Below, piece by piece: positions 1-10,507 of a DNA stretch of 64,000 nucleotides (the stretch's first letter is position 1; each line of letters starts with the position of its first letter). The translations under genes were made by a program, and so were the position numbers. The notes below the pieces were generated by a model that had not been told where the DNA came from, searched no databases, and worked only from the letters and a program-made list of their open reading frames with translations. Where the stretch lies: contig CAVYQA010000030.1 in assembly GCA_963770495.1 (NCBI GenBank), positions 23,927 to 87,926 of the forward strand, given 5' to 3'. The stretch comes from Chitinophagales bacterium. Lineage in GTDB: Bacteria; Bacteroidota; Bacteroidia; Chitinophagales; CAVYQA01.

Positions 1-446
1 GTTCCTTTCATCATTTCCCACGGTTTGTCAATAGGGGTTTCCGCTTTCTGATAAAAATTTGAAACACAAACACCATTAATCGGCTCTGCAGGATGACTGG
101 GCCACCAGCCCACCACATTTGTTTTTAAATTATTTTGAGTAAGGATATTCCATATCGCTTTCACTTTTCGCGAGCGGGACGACACAGGGCGGATTTCCAT
201 TGTCTCCGCATCGGGCTCTACAAAACCCAAAATACCATGGTCGTCAGCCATCTTGCCCGTAGCTATTGAAGTCCAAAGCATAGGCGATAAAGGCGGGTCG
301 AGTGTTGCAAGGTTAGCTATAACTCCGCCATTCACCAATTGTTGTAATGTTGGCATCAAACCCGCATCCATCAATGGGTTTATTACTTTCCAATCAGCCG
401 CATCCCACCCGATGAGCAACACTTTTTTTGCAAGCCGCTCACTCAT
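1..446 (-). CDS. Alkaline-phosphatase-superfamily protein (type I phosphodiesterase/nucleotide pyrophosphatase-like), N-terminal part, runs off the window start
   Basis: My reverse translation from the ATG at 446..444 gives MSERLAKKVLLIGWDAADWKVINPLMDAGLMPTLQQLVNGGVIANLATLDPPLSPMLWTSIATGKMADDHGILGF... It is absent from the ORF track because it has no stop inside the window. Confidence 0.7.
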   Translation of the reverse strand, partial: MSERLAKKVLLIGWDAADWKVINPLMDAGLMPTLQQLVNGGVIANLATLDPPLSPMLWTSIATGKMADDHGILGFVEPDAETMEIRPVSSRSRKVKAIWNILTQNNLKTNVVGWWPSHPAEPINGVCVSNFYQKAETPIDKPWEMMKG

Positions 447-627
447 TGGTTTTATTTTTTTCGTCCGGTTTCTGCTCAGCAATTTCCTTTGCTTTGGCTT
501 CTTTAACTTTTTCGCGCCATAGTTGCAATCCTATATCACCCAAAGCTAAAAGTCCAAGGCATCCCTCCGGCGGAATGTCAAGCGGCTGGTTAGTGTCCTT
601 GATAAATATATGCTCCTCATCTGTCAT
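439..627 (-). CDS. Small hypothetical protein (62 aa) directly upstream of the phosphatase-like gene
   Basis: ORF-track entry MTDEEHIFIKDTNQPLDIPPEGCLGLLALG... It overlaps the next start by 8 nt in another frame. I recognise no domain. Confidence 0.3.
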   Translation of the reverse strand: MTDEEHIFIKDTNQPLDIPPEGCLGLLALGDIGLQLWREKVKEAKAKEIAEQKPDEKNKTNE

Positions 628-971
628 ATTATATTTTTTTTCAAAGATAAAAAATATAGTCTTTACATGCTATTTGTAATTGTTGGCACGTTATTAGGTA
701 TTTAATTAATGGAATAGTTGATAAAGATTGAGACGGGAATATCTCACACATTCCTGGTAAACAGTGTTTTTGATTTATAAACTTAAATTGACAACTATGA
801 ATATATTGGCAGAAATAGCAGAATACGAGAAAGACCCTTTATTACGCCGTCATCATGGTTTGAAAGAACATGTTAAGCACAATACTTCTGCACGGCTGAA
901 AAGAAAACGGAAGAGAAAGGCGAAAAAGGATAAAAAATAAAATTTATTTGCAAGTGTATGAAGCAAGTAAT

Positions 972-1895
972 TTATCTGCTAATGACAATTTCTTTAGTAG
1001 CCACAAATTCGTCGGTAGATATTTTAACCTGATAAATTCCCGCTGGCAGATTTGTAATTGGTATTTGAAATATATTTAAGCCCAAGATTCCGTTAAATGT
1101 TGTAGTTTCATTTACCTGCCTACCCATTATATCATAAACTCTTATTGTTACCGACTCGTTGGCGTAATTTAAATTGAAGGTAATGTTTAATGGCATTTCC
1201 CTGTCAGCAGGGTTAGGAAAAACGACGAGACTGCCATTACTTTCTATTTCTGCAGATATACTGTTATCTTCTTCACCTGCTTTGATAGGTATATTAGGAC
1301 TTTCCATTATTGCATAATCCGTTAACACGACACAATAACCATTGAGCAAACCTTTGCCGGGGTGGTTTAATATGGAAAGCCGCGCCCAGCCATAATAAAA
1401 TTTATCGTCAATTTTTAGCCGTAAGCCGGCAAATTTATCAATGACGGTTGTATCCCACAAACCATAATACATATAGCGAAAGTAAAAGTCATTATCAGCT
1501 CTATAAATTAATACTCCGGGATATTTTGAAAAAAATATATCAGACCCTCCTATTGTCTGTTGTGAATTAAAAATCGCTTGTGATGCCTCAACTATCCCCA
1601 TTTTTTTTGACATTTTAACCCCGGCAATAGATTCATCAATACCTTGATGTGATATTATTGCAGACCGTAACTTTTCAGATGCAGTGCAACCCGCCGAGAA
1701 GGAATTTACCTTAATAACAAAATCTGTTATCCCATCACCATTCAAATCAAGATTATAACTGCTATTGGGGCAAATAGTATCATTCACCTTTGTATATAAT
1801 ATTTGTGCATCAGCGCTTTTACCAGCTGCAAGCACTGCTGTTGCCAGCACAGAATAAGAGGTGAGCTTTTGAGCGAGTAAAGTCCTTTTTACCAT
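972..1895 (-). CDS. Secreted protein with T9SS C-terminal sorting domain
   Basis: It has a signal-like N-terminus. The C-terminal ~80 aa (VVFPNPADREM...VRVYDIMGRQV...LPAGIYQVKISTDEFVATKEIVISR) fit the Por/T9SS CTD pattern. Confidence 0.8.
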   Translation of the reverse strand: MVKRTLLAQKLTSYSVLATAVLAAGKSADAQILYTKVNDTICPNSSYNLDLNGDGITDFVIKVNSFSAGCTASEKLRSAIISHQGIDESIAGVKMSKKMGIVEASQAIFNSQQTIGGSDIFFSKYPGVLIYRADNDFYFRYMYYGLWDTTVIDKFAGLRLKIDDKFYYGWARLSILNHPGKGLLNGYCVVLTDYAIMESPNIPIKAGEEDNSISAEIESNGSLVVFPNPADREMPLNITFNLNYANESVTIRVYDIMGRQVNETTTFNGILGLNIFQIPITNLPAGIYQVKISTDEFVATKEIVISR

Positions 1896-2024
1896 ATAAA
1901 AGCAGTTATGAAAAAGAATCCTTTATATAAAGATAATATATTTTTTGTAACAAAAATGAATTGTATCAACTATTATTATTCCTTCATTCCATTCTCAAAT
2001 TTTCTCATTTTCAAATTTTCAAAT

Positions 2025-2032
2025 TACTTTTG
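2025..2032 (+). promoter_or_regulatory. Bacteroidota -7 box (TActTTTG) upstream of purT
   Basis: Exact TAnnTTTG match 5 nt before the purT ATG. This implies a leaderless or very short leader. Confidence 0.3.
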
Positions 2033-2036
2033 ACAA

Positions 2037-3209
2037 ATGTCATTCATTAAAAAAATACTACTCCTCGGTTCGGGAGAGTTGGGAAAAGAATTTGTTATCG
2101 CTGTAAAACGATTGGGACAATATGTAATCGCCGTAGATTCATACAACAATGCCCCTGCCCAACAGGTGGCTGATGAGCGCGAGGTGATTAATATGCTTGA
2201 TGGCAATGCACTAGATGCCATCGTCGCAAAACACCACCCCGATATTATTGTTCCTGAAATTGAAGCCATAAGAACAGAACGGTTTTACGATTATGAAAAA
2301 CAGGGCATACAGGTTGTTCCCAGCGCACGCGCAGCCAATTTCACCATGAACCGCAAAGCCATCCGCGACCTTGCTGCAAAAGAACTGGGATTGCGCACCG
2401 CCCGTTACCAATACGCCTCCACACTGGATGAACTGCGAACTGCTGTTAAAGAAATAGGCATTCCCTGCGTGGTAAAACCCCTTATGTCTTCATCAGGAAA
2501 GGGGCAATCGTATATTAAAACTACTGACGACATTGATAAAGCATGGAACTATGCCCAGTCTGCCAAGCGCGGCGATTATGTGGAAGTGATTGTAGAAGCA
2601 TTTATAAAATTTCACTCTGAAATAACCTTATTAACCGTTACACAAAAAAATGGTGTCACTTTATTCTGCCCTCCCATCGGTCACCGGCAGGAGCGCGGCG
2701 ACTACCAGGAAAGCTGGCAACCGGCAGTAATTACCGCTGACCACTTAAATGAAGCAAAGCAAATAGCGGATAAGGTCACCAAATCGTTAACCGGCGCAGG
2801 CATCTGGGGTGTAGAATTTTTTTTAGCCGATGAAGGCGTTTATTTCTCCGAATTATCTCCCCGCCCGCACGATACCGGCATGGTAACTTTAGCGGGAACA
2901 CAAAATTTATCGGAGTTTGAGCTTCATGCAAGAACTATATTAGGTTTACCCATACCTGCTATCACCTTAGAGCGGGTTGGAGCCAGTGCAGTAATTCTGG
3001 CAAATAAAGAAGGAACTAACCCAACTTATGAAGGTGTAAATGATTTATTAGCTCACCCACAAAGCGATGTGCGCATTTTCGGAAAGCCAACTACCCGCGT
3101 TCTCCGCCGCATGGGTGTTGCTTTGGCTTACGACAAATTGGGAACTGATGTACAAGTGGTAAGGCAAAAGGCAATTGAGTTGGCGAAGATGGTGAAGGTG
3201 GTGGTATAA
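2037..3209 (+). CDS. purT: Formate-dependent phosphoribosylglycinamide formyltransferase (GAR transformylase 2)
   Basis: 390 aa, with [17 protein letters not shown]... and an ATP-grasp core ...[18 protein letters not shown]... Confidence 0.95.
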   Translation: MSFIKKILLLGSGELGKEFVIAVKRLGQYVIAVDSYNNAPAQQVADEREVINMLDGNALDAIVAKHHPDIIVPEIEAIRTERFYDYEKQGIQVVPSARAANFTMNRKAIRDLAAKELGLRTARYQYASTLDELRTAVKEIGIPCVVKPLMSSSGKGQSYIKTTDDIDKAWNYAQSAKRGDYVEVIVEAFIKFHSEITLLTVTQKNGVTLFCPPIGHRQERGDYQESWQPAVITADHLNEAKQIADKVTKSLTGAGIWGVEFFLADEGVYFSELSPRPHDTGMVTLAGTQNLSEFELHARTILGLPIPAITLERVGASAVILANKEGTNPTYEGVNDLLAHPQSDVRIFGKPTTRVLRRMGVALAYDKLGTDVQVVRQKAIELAKMVKVVV

Positions 3210-3233
3210 ATTTAAGTATAGACAATTAAATTT

Positions 3234-6200
3234 TTATTTGGTTTCTAATACCATATAGTTAAAATTATAGATCTGACTGGCGGCTGATGCTACTCCAAAA
3301 TTTAAGGTAAACGTTGTTGTAGTAGAGGTAACATAAGTCTGATTTGATACCATTGTAGACGCCGTATTAGCATCTTCGGGAGTTATAACAACAACAGGCG
3401 CTGTTGTATATGCTTTATTAAAGGTTATAATTGCCTGGGCGCCTGCGGCAAGAGAGGTACTGCCAGTAGTAAGAGTAAGTAACCCTCCAACATCGGTAGC
3501 AGTTGTTAACGTAGATGTGGCGCCTGTTCCAGCATTGGTTTGCACAGCATCAGTCGGCGCAGTGGTTTGTTGAGATTCCAAATGCCCGTTATTAAAGGCA
3601 ATTGCTGCATCGGCTGCCGGGGCTGCTGTACTTGCACTTATACTACCTGATACAATTAAACTATTACTTGGCGCTGCTGTGCTACCCGCATAACTGCCTA
3701 TAGCTTCTCCTCCGTTAACGTCAAGTGCACTAAGTGGTGAATTAGTGCCAATACCTACTTTGCCGCCACTGTTATTATTATATAGATTGTTGCTACCGTT
3801 TAATGTCCAGTAAGAATTCAATGTAGTGCCGGAAAAGCTTAATCCTGTTCCTACTGTTCCCTGAACGATTTGTGTACCATTTGATACCATAATGCCTGAA
3901 CCTGATAATGCAGTGCTTGAATTTGTTCCACCATTTGCTATTGGAAGAACACTTGCAGCTGTAACATCAGTCGTTAAACTAATTTTACTCCAAGTCAAGT
4001 TGCCATGCAATAATTGAGTGGCTGTTCCTGTTGCACCTTGAACAATCTGTGTGCCATTTGATACCATAATGGAATTGCCCGATAATGCAGTGCCTGAATT
4101 TGTTCCGCCATTAGCAACTGCAATGGTCGTTCCATTCCACGTTCCTGTTGTAATTGTACCTAACTCGGTAATATTGGTTTGAACGCCCGTTGGCAATGTA
4201 GTACCTACACTTGGAACCCCTGTTGCGCTTGTTACGAGAACACCATTATTTGCAGTAGTAAGGCCTGTTATTGTGTTTGCGGCAGAAGAATAAAGAAGTT
4301 GGTTGATTGTCGTAGTTGAAGGGTAAGTGGCTGTTGTCCACGTTGGTGCAACACCGGCGCCGGCAGAAAGTAATGCCTGTCCTGTTGAACCGGCATTGGC
4401 GCCCGGCATTAATGCTTTTGTAAATGCAATGTTACCAGCCACAGACAGTGCTTGTGGAGGGTTACTTACGCCTATACCCACATTTGCACCGTTACCTAAT
4501 ACTAAAGAATTACTAGAGCTGACAACAGCATTAGCTCCAATGGCGGTGGCATTAGTAAGGTTGCCAGATGCCACGTCGGCATCATAACCAATAGTAGTAT
4601 TATAAGTACCTGCAGTGTTGGTAAAAAGTGCTGAGTCGCCGAAAGCTGTATTATGCGAGCCTGTTGTTGTGCCATATAAGGCTTTATAACCTACCGCAGT
4701 CTGGCTGGTAGCGCTCGTATTATCGTGAGCCGCCTGAAATCCAAAAGCGGTATTATTTGAACTAAGCGTGTTGTAAAGACTTGCATAACCGGCAGCAGTA
4801 TTATCACTCCCGGTTAAATTATTAAATAATGATGAATCGCCGCTAACCGTGTTATTATTACCGGTTATGGCAGTTCGCATTGCCCAAAAACCTACTGCAA
4901 TATTCCCCCGAGCCCGAATTTGAGTAAAGACTATTACTGCCTATGGCAACATTATCATCACCTCCGCCTGTATTAGATAAAAGAGCATCATCTCCTATTG
5001 CCACATTATCATTGCCCCCGGTATTGTTTAACAGGGCGCTAAACCCTACAGCAGTATTATCACTACCTGTGGTAGCGTTATACATAGCTGCCGTACCCAT
5101 TGCCGTATTAAAACTTGCACCAGTTATTGACCCAAGACAGTGATATCCCACGGCACAATCGCCACTGCCACCGGTAAGGCTCCAAAGAGCTTCCATTCCA
5201 AAGGCCGTATTAAAGTTCGTAGTCGCATCACTCTCCAGGGCGTTAAAGCCAACTGCAGTGTTTCCGTTACCTGTAGTATTACTACTTAAAGCATTCGTGC
5301 CAATACCCGTGTTATTATGACCCAATGTATTGGTTTGTAAAGCATAATAGCCCAAGGCTGTGTTTTGGTAGCCGCTGATATTTGTTTGTAAGGTGCTGTC
5401 ACCAACAGCAGTATTGTAACTGCCGGTCGTATTCCAGGATAATGCTGAATATCCTATAGCAGTATTTGAAACTGCAGTAGTATTACTAATAAGTGCAGAG
5501 TCACCCATTGCCACATTATTATCACCAGTAGTATTAGCCGCAAGTGCATTTAAACCAAATGCCGAGTTAGAATTGCCTGTTGTGTTTGATTTGAGAACGC
5601 CATAACCTAAGGCTGTGTTATTTTTACCAGTTGAATTTTTAGTCAATGACTGATACCCGATTGCCGTGTTAAATATACCGGTTGTATTTGTCGCAAGTGC
5701 GCTATCGCCCACCGCTGTATTTTTATTTGCTGTATTTTTTTCTAAAGCTTCTTTACCTATTGCAACATTGGAATACGCCGTAGTGGCGGCATTTAATCCC
5801 AGGTACCCTAATGATGTATTTCCATAAGCTCCGTTGCCTGTATTTATATCTTCAATACGTCCTGACGTTGTGCCATTCACCTCAAACTTAAGTCCCTGGT
5901 CAGTACCGCTTACAGTACCTAAAAAATTAGAAGCATAAGTTACCCCGCTGTTACCTGAGAGTCCCCAGGCATTAGCACTTGCAGCAGTTAGAGTTACCCA
6001 TGTGGGAGCACTTGTTCCATTGGATTGTAATACCTGGCCTGCGGTGCCTGCAGAAGTAGTGGCAGGTGCATTACCTGCCCCCCCTCCGTAAACAATGCCA
6101 TATTGAGTTAAAAGCGCAGAGGATGACAAAGCAGATGTTGAACTGAAATAGGGAATACCCCCTGAAGTGCCTGTGGTAGTTATTCCAAGCGAACCCGAAC

Positions 6201-6825
6201 CGGTAACAGGGCTGCCCGTAACACCAAAAATACTTGTAGCCGGTACGGTTAACCCCACTAAAGTTACTGTTCCGCCGGGGTTACTTGAATTAAAAGTTAT
6301 ATTCGGATACGTTCCCGATAAAGTGATATTTGTTCCGGCTATAGGATTAAATTGCGCAGGTATTGCAGGGAATGTTTGTAAAGCCCCTGTTCCATCAATG
6401 TATTGAAAAGTTGTACCTGCACCTGTTATTGCGAATGTACCGCTTGTGGTTATTGTTGAAGGCGTTACAGAGAAAGCGGAAGGTACTGTTATACCAATAC
6501 TTGTTACTGTTCCGTCGGTTGGTGTCACCCATGTAGGTACACCGGCTGAATTGGCTGTTAATATCTGTCCGGTTGTACCATTAGCCAGCCATGTTGGGGC
6601 TGTATTCGCGCCCGCAGATAACAGTATATTGCCTGGTGAGCCGGGAAGATTATTAGGCATCAATGCCTGTGAAAATTTAACGTTACCTGTAACATCCAAT
6701 TTTTGGCTGGGGTTGGTTGTGCCTATTCCAACATTTGGCATATAGAATGTCTGTTGCGAATAGCAGGTAAATGTCGTCACCAGCACAGCTGATGTGATAA
6801 TTAAAATACGGGTAAAATTTTTCAT
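3234..6825 (-). CDS. Large repetitive cell-surface protein (YadA-head-like NTA[IV]GxxAL repeats plus tail-fibre-like VGIGTxxPxxxLxVxG modules), frame-broken
   Basis: The two ORF-track fragments are 4858..6825 (signal peptide MKNFTRILIITSAVLV) and 3234..4880. The repeat continues in the downstream frame before its first ATG (...NIAVGFWAMRTAITG). The frames meet at a C5 run at 4905..4909. One extra base would give ...SNSGSGGNIAVGF... Confidence 0.8.
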
Positions 6826-6881
6826 AAAAATTTATTTAATTAATTACGAAAATGTATTAAACTTTTTAATACTAAAATCGT

Positions 6882-6918
6882 CTAAAAAACAGATTTTATC
6901 TTAAAATCTGTTTTTTAG
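6882..6918. promoter_or_regulatory. Perfect 37-bp palindrome (17-bp arms, 3-nt loop) with A6/T6 tracts inside its arms; terminator-like or operator-like
   Basis: ctaaaaaacagatttta-tct-taaaatctgttttttag, 57-93 nt upstream of the surface-protein start codon. Confidence 0.5.
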
Positions 6919-7371
6919 GATGCAGATTATATTCAGCTGGCAAAAAATAATTGAAAATTGCCTAACTCTTTCAATCTTTCTTTAGTCTAATCAAAAAAAT
7001 ATCTTAAAATTGTTCAATAATACGTTGAAGTTGATTTGATGAACTTCAAAAAAATATTTGTCAAAAAAGTAGTTTACTACTCTAAAGCCAACCTTTTAAA
7101 ACGGGCATTAAAGATAATATCTTTTCATAATAGATAAAATATAAAATTACAAATTAGTAACTATTAAATAACTTTGGTATAACTTAATAATTAATTGAAT
7201 ACCAATAAAATATAATTAGACAAGATTTTAAGCTATTCTAAAATTATACGGATTCTTTAGCCAGTAATTATTGCTGTTAGGCGTTTTTATGCATACTTAA
7301 CCCATTTTACTTTTGACTTTTGAGCCCTTCCTGAACGCACCCATTCGGTATGGCGGATTTAACTTTTAACT

Positions 7372-7379
7372 TATCTTTG
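7372..7379 (+). promoter_or_regulatory. Bacteroidota -7 box (TAtcTTTG) for asd
   Basis: Exact TAnnTTTG match 21 nt upstream of the asd ATG. Confidence 0.4.
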
Positions 7380-7399
7380 CACCTCATTAAATTTATTAT

Positions 7400-8407
7400 A
7401 TGAAAGTTGCAGTTGTCGGAGCAACAGGAATGGTGGGGCGGGTAATGCTTAAGGTGCTGGAAGAGCGTAATTTTCCGGTGGATGAGCTTATTCCTGTTGC
7501 TTCGGAAAAAAGCGTTGGCAAAGAAGTTTCTTTTAAAAATAAAAAATATAAGGTTGTTTCGGCTAAGGAAGCTATAAGCCGCCGGCCGGATATAGCATTG
7601 TTTTCAGCAGGGGCGAAAGCCTCCCTGGAATGGGCGCCTCAATTTGCGGAAGCGGGTTGCACGGTAATTGACAACTCATCGGCATGGCGAATGGATGACA
7701 CCAAAAAATTAGTAGTGCCCGAAATAAATGCAGATGTGCTTACGCCTGAAGATAAAATCATCGCCAATCCTAATTGCTCTACCATACAAATGGTGGTTGC
7801 ATTAAATCCTTTGTATAAACGCTATGGCATAAAACGCATCGTGGTTAGCACTTATCAAAGTGTAAGCGGCACTGGAAAAAAGGCGGTTGACCAACTATAT
7901 AATGAGCGCGAAAATAAAGCAGGGGTAAAGGTTTACCCTTACCCTATTGATTTAAACCTATTACCTCATATTGATGTGTTCCTTGATAACGGCTATACCA
8001 AAGAGGAAATGAAAATGGTAAATGAAACCCGCAAGATTATGCGCGCGCCAAACATACAGGTATCGAGCACTTGTGTGCGTGTGCCGGTGAAAGGCGGACA
8101 CAGTGAAAGCGTGAACATTGAATTTGAAAAGGATTTTGATTTGGATGAGATAAAAAACATTTTATCTGAAACTGCGGGAGTCGTGTTACAGGATGATGTT
8201 GCGCACAATGTGTATCCTATGCCTTTATATGCCGAAGGAAAAGACGAGGTGTTTGTAGGGCGGCTGCGGAGGGATTTTTCTCAACCCAATACGCTTAACT
8301 GCTGGATAGTGGCTGATAACCTTCGCAAAGGCGCAGCAACAAATGCCGTGCAAATTGCGGAAGTGGTATTGAAGTTCAGTGCTAAAAATTCATTTTCTAA
8401 AGTTTAA
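7400..8407 (+). CDS. asd: Aspartate-semialdehyde dehydrogenase
   Basis: MKVAVVGATGMVGR..., active-site region IIANPNCSTIQMV, 335 aa. Confidence 0.95.
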   Translation: MKVAVVGATGMVGRVMLKVLEERNFPVDELIPVASEKSVGKEVSFKNKKYKVVSAKEAISRRPDIALFSAGAKASLEWAPQFAEAGCTVIDNSSAWRMDDTKKLVVPEINADVLTPEDKIIANPNCSTIQMVVALNPLYKRYGIKRIVVSTYQSVSGTGKKAVDQLYNERENKAGVKVYPYPIDLNLLPHIDVFLDNGYTKEEMKMVNETRKIMRAPNIQVSSTCVRVPVKGGHSESVNIEFEKDFDLDEIKNILSETAGVVLQDDVAHNVYPMPLYAEGKDEVFVGRLRRDFSQPNTLNCWIVADNLRKGAATNAVQIAEVVLKFSAKNSFSKV

Positions 8408-8419
8408 TAATAATTTCCA

Positions 8420-8509
8420 GGTGACTCACCCGCTAACGCTCAATTGCCGCGTGCCCCTCTCTTTAAAGAGAGGGGCATAAAGCCCGTTAAGCCGAGCGGG
8501 TGAGTCACC
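8420..8509. repeat. Nested palindromic element (outer arms ggtgactcacccgc/gcgggtgagtcacc; inner hairpin gcccctctc-tttaaa-gagaggggc)
   Basis: Read directly from the sequence. The inner hairpin has the same core as the family-B repeats elsewhere in the window. It probably also acts as the asd terminator. Confidence 0.7.
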
Positions 8510-8593
8510 ATAGTACAAAGATTCTCAAACGACTTAAAATAAAAATTTTCATCCCCTAATTTTTAACTTTACCGTCCTTATTACAACTCCGCT

Positions 8594-9601
8594 ATGAAAC
8601 TTGTATCCTATTTAGTTGATGAACAAGACCAGCTTGCCATTTATTACGATGGCAACATTTATGATATGCATGAGTTGGACTGGCAACTGCCCAACAACAT
8701 GGAATTATTTATGTACGCATGGGATGATGCCATTGAACTTACCCTAAAATATGACCAGCGCATTAAAGAGGGCTCTGTAAAGCATGTTAAGCCCATTCCA
8801 ATTGATAAAGTGAAAGTAGTAGCGCCGGTTCCTAATCCCACCTCATGCCGCGATGGCTATGCCTTTCGCCAGCATGTCGCCGCAGCAAGGCGTAACAGGA
8901 AGGTGGACATGATTCCTGAATTTGACCAGTATCCTGTTTTTTATTTCACGAATCATAATGCCATACAGGGTCCGGGCGATATACTTTGTATGCCCGACCA
9001 CTTTCAGCAACTGGATTTTGAACTCGAAGCCGCTATTGTCATTTGCCGCGAAGGACGTAACGTTCGCGCCGATGAAGCCGACAGCTATATCGGCGGATTG
9101 ATGATAATGAACGATATCAGCGCCCGTGTGCTGCAAATGGAAGAGATGAAATTAAATCTTGGTCCCGCAAAGGGAAAAGATTTCTCAACAGCTATCGGTC
9201 CCTGGCTGGTAACCATGGATGAACTGGAACCCTTTAAAATTCCCTGTAAAGAAAATCATACCGGCAATGCTTACAATTTACGAATGACTTGCCGTGTAAA
9301 TGGCGTGGAAGTTTCTAAAGGCAATCTCGGCGACATGGATTGGACATTTGCTGAAATTATCGAGCGTTGCGCTTATGGCGTGAATATTAAGCCGGGCGAT
9401 ATTATCGGCAGCGGCACTGTTGGCACAGGTTGCTTTTTAGAATTGAACGGAACAGGAAAACTAAACAACCCTAACTATCAAGAGCAATGGCTTAAAGAAG
9501 ACGATGTAGTGGAATGTGAGATAGACGAAATCGGTGTTTTAAAAAATACAATAAAAAAGGAGGATTCGGATTTTTCAATACTATCACTTAAAAAGTTGTA
9601 A
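8594..9601 (+). CDS. Fumarylacetoacetate hydrolase (FAH) family protein
   Basis: 335 aa, with ...FELEAAIVICREGRNV...GGLMIMNDISARVLQ...GDIIGSGTVGTGC... Confidence 0.85.
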   Translation: MKLVSYLVDEQDQLAIYYDGNIYDMHELDWQLPNNMELFMYAWDDAIELTLKYDQRIKEGSVKHVKPIPIDKVKVVAPVPNPTSCRDGYAFRQHVAAARRNRKVDMIPEFDQYPVFYFTNHNAIQGPGDILCMPDHFQQLDFELEAAIVICREGRNVRADEADSYIGGLMIMNDISARVLQMEEMKLNLGPAKGKDFSTAIGPWLVTMDELEPFKIPCKENHTGNAYNLRMTCRVNGVEVSKGNLGDMDWTFAEIIERCAYGVNIKPGDIIGSGTVGTGCFLELNGTGKLNNPNYQEQWLKEDDVVECEIDEIGVLKNTIKKEDSDFSILSLKKL

Positions 9602-10507
9602 ATGGAGATAATTCCGGGCACAATCCCCACCCCAAAACTTCATAGCTACCTGTTAGGTTCGGTAGGTCCACGACCTATTGCTTTTGCCAGCACAATAGAT
9701 AAAGAGGGGAATCCCAACCTATCCCCGTTTAGTTTCTTTAACGCCTTTGGCTCCAATCCGCCTATCATGGTTTTCTCTCCGGCACGACGGGTTCGTGATA
9801 ACACCACAAAACATACTTTGCAAAATGCTTATGATACCAAAGAAGTCGTCATTAATGTAGTAAGTTATAATATGGTGCAACAGGCATCGGTGGCAAGTGC
9901 TGAATATCCAAAAGAGGTTAATGAATTTATAAAAGCCGGATTCACGCCAATACCTTCAGTAAAAGTAAAACCGTTCCGTGTAAAAGAATCACCCGTGCAA
10001 ATGGAATGCAAGGTGCTTGAAGTAATAGAATGCGGGAAGGAAGGCGGGGCGCCTAATCTTATTATTTGTGAAATGATTTACATGCACATCAACGATAATA
10101 TACTTGATGAGAACGGCAAAATAGACCCGAACAAAATTGACCTCGTTGCACGCATGGGCGGCAATTATTATTGCCGTGCATCGGGAAGTGCGCTTTTTGA
10201 GTTGGAACAACCCAATACCAAATTGGGCATTGGCGTTGACCGTATTCCCCAAAATATTCGCCTCAGTAAAATTTTAACCGGAAATAATTTAGGGCAGCTT
10301 GCCAGCATACAGCAATTACCTTCTGATGAAGAGGTTGAAAAAATGAAAGATTCGGAAGAGATAAAAGATATGTACGAGCGGTTTAAAAACGATGCTGAAT
10401 CATTGGAAGACCATTTTCATCTTTTGGCAAAAAAATTGTTGGATGAATCGCGAATTGCCGATGCCTGGAAGGTGTTGCTCATCGAAAGTAAAATCATAAA
10501 ATCGTAA
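9602..10507 (+). CDS. Flavin reductase-like (FMN-binding split-barrel) family protein
   Basis: LLGSVGPRPIAFASTIDKEGNPNLSPFSFFNAFGSNPPIMVFSP... Its start immediately follows the stop of the previous gene. Confidence 0.8.
   Translation: MEIIPGTIPTPKLHSYLLGSVGPRPIAFASTIDKEGNPNLSPFSFFNAFGSNPPIMVFSPARRVRDNTTKHTLQNAYDTKEVVINVVSYNMVQQASVASAEYPKEVNEFIKAGFTPIPSVKVKPFRVKESPVQMECKVLEVIECGKEGGAPNLIICEMIYMHINDNILDENGKIDPNKIDLVARMGGNYYCRASGSALFELEQPNTKLGIGVDRIPQNIRLSKILTGNNLGQLASIQQLPSDEEVEKMKDSEEIKDMYERFKNDAESLEDHFHLLAKKLLDESRIADAWKVLLIESKIIKS

Noticed and set aside
797-940. A 47-aa Lys/Arg-rich ORF (MNILAEIAEYEKDPLLRRHHGLKEH...KRKRKRKAKKDKK) that I found in the gap before the T9SS gene.
   Set aside because: It has no motif and no -7 box that I could find, and its composition is typical of chance ORFs in A-rich DNA. 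I do not report it as a feature.
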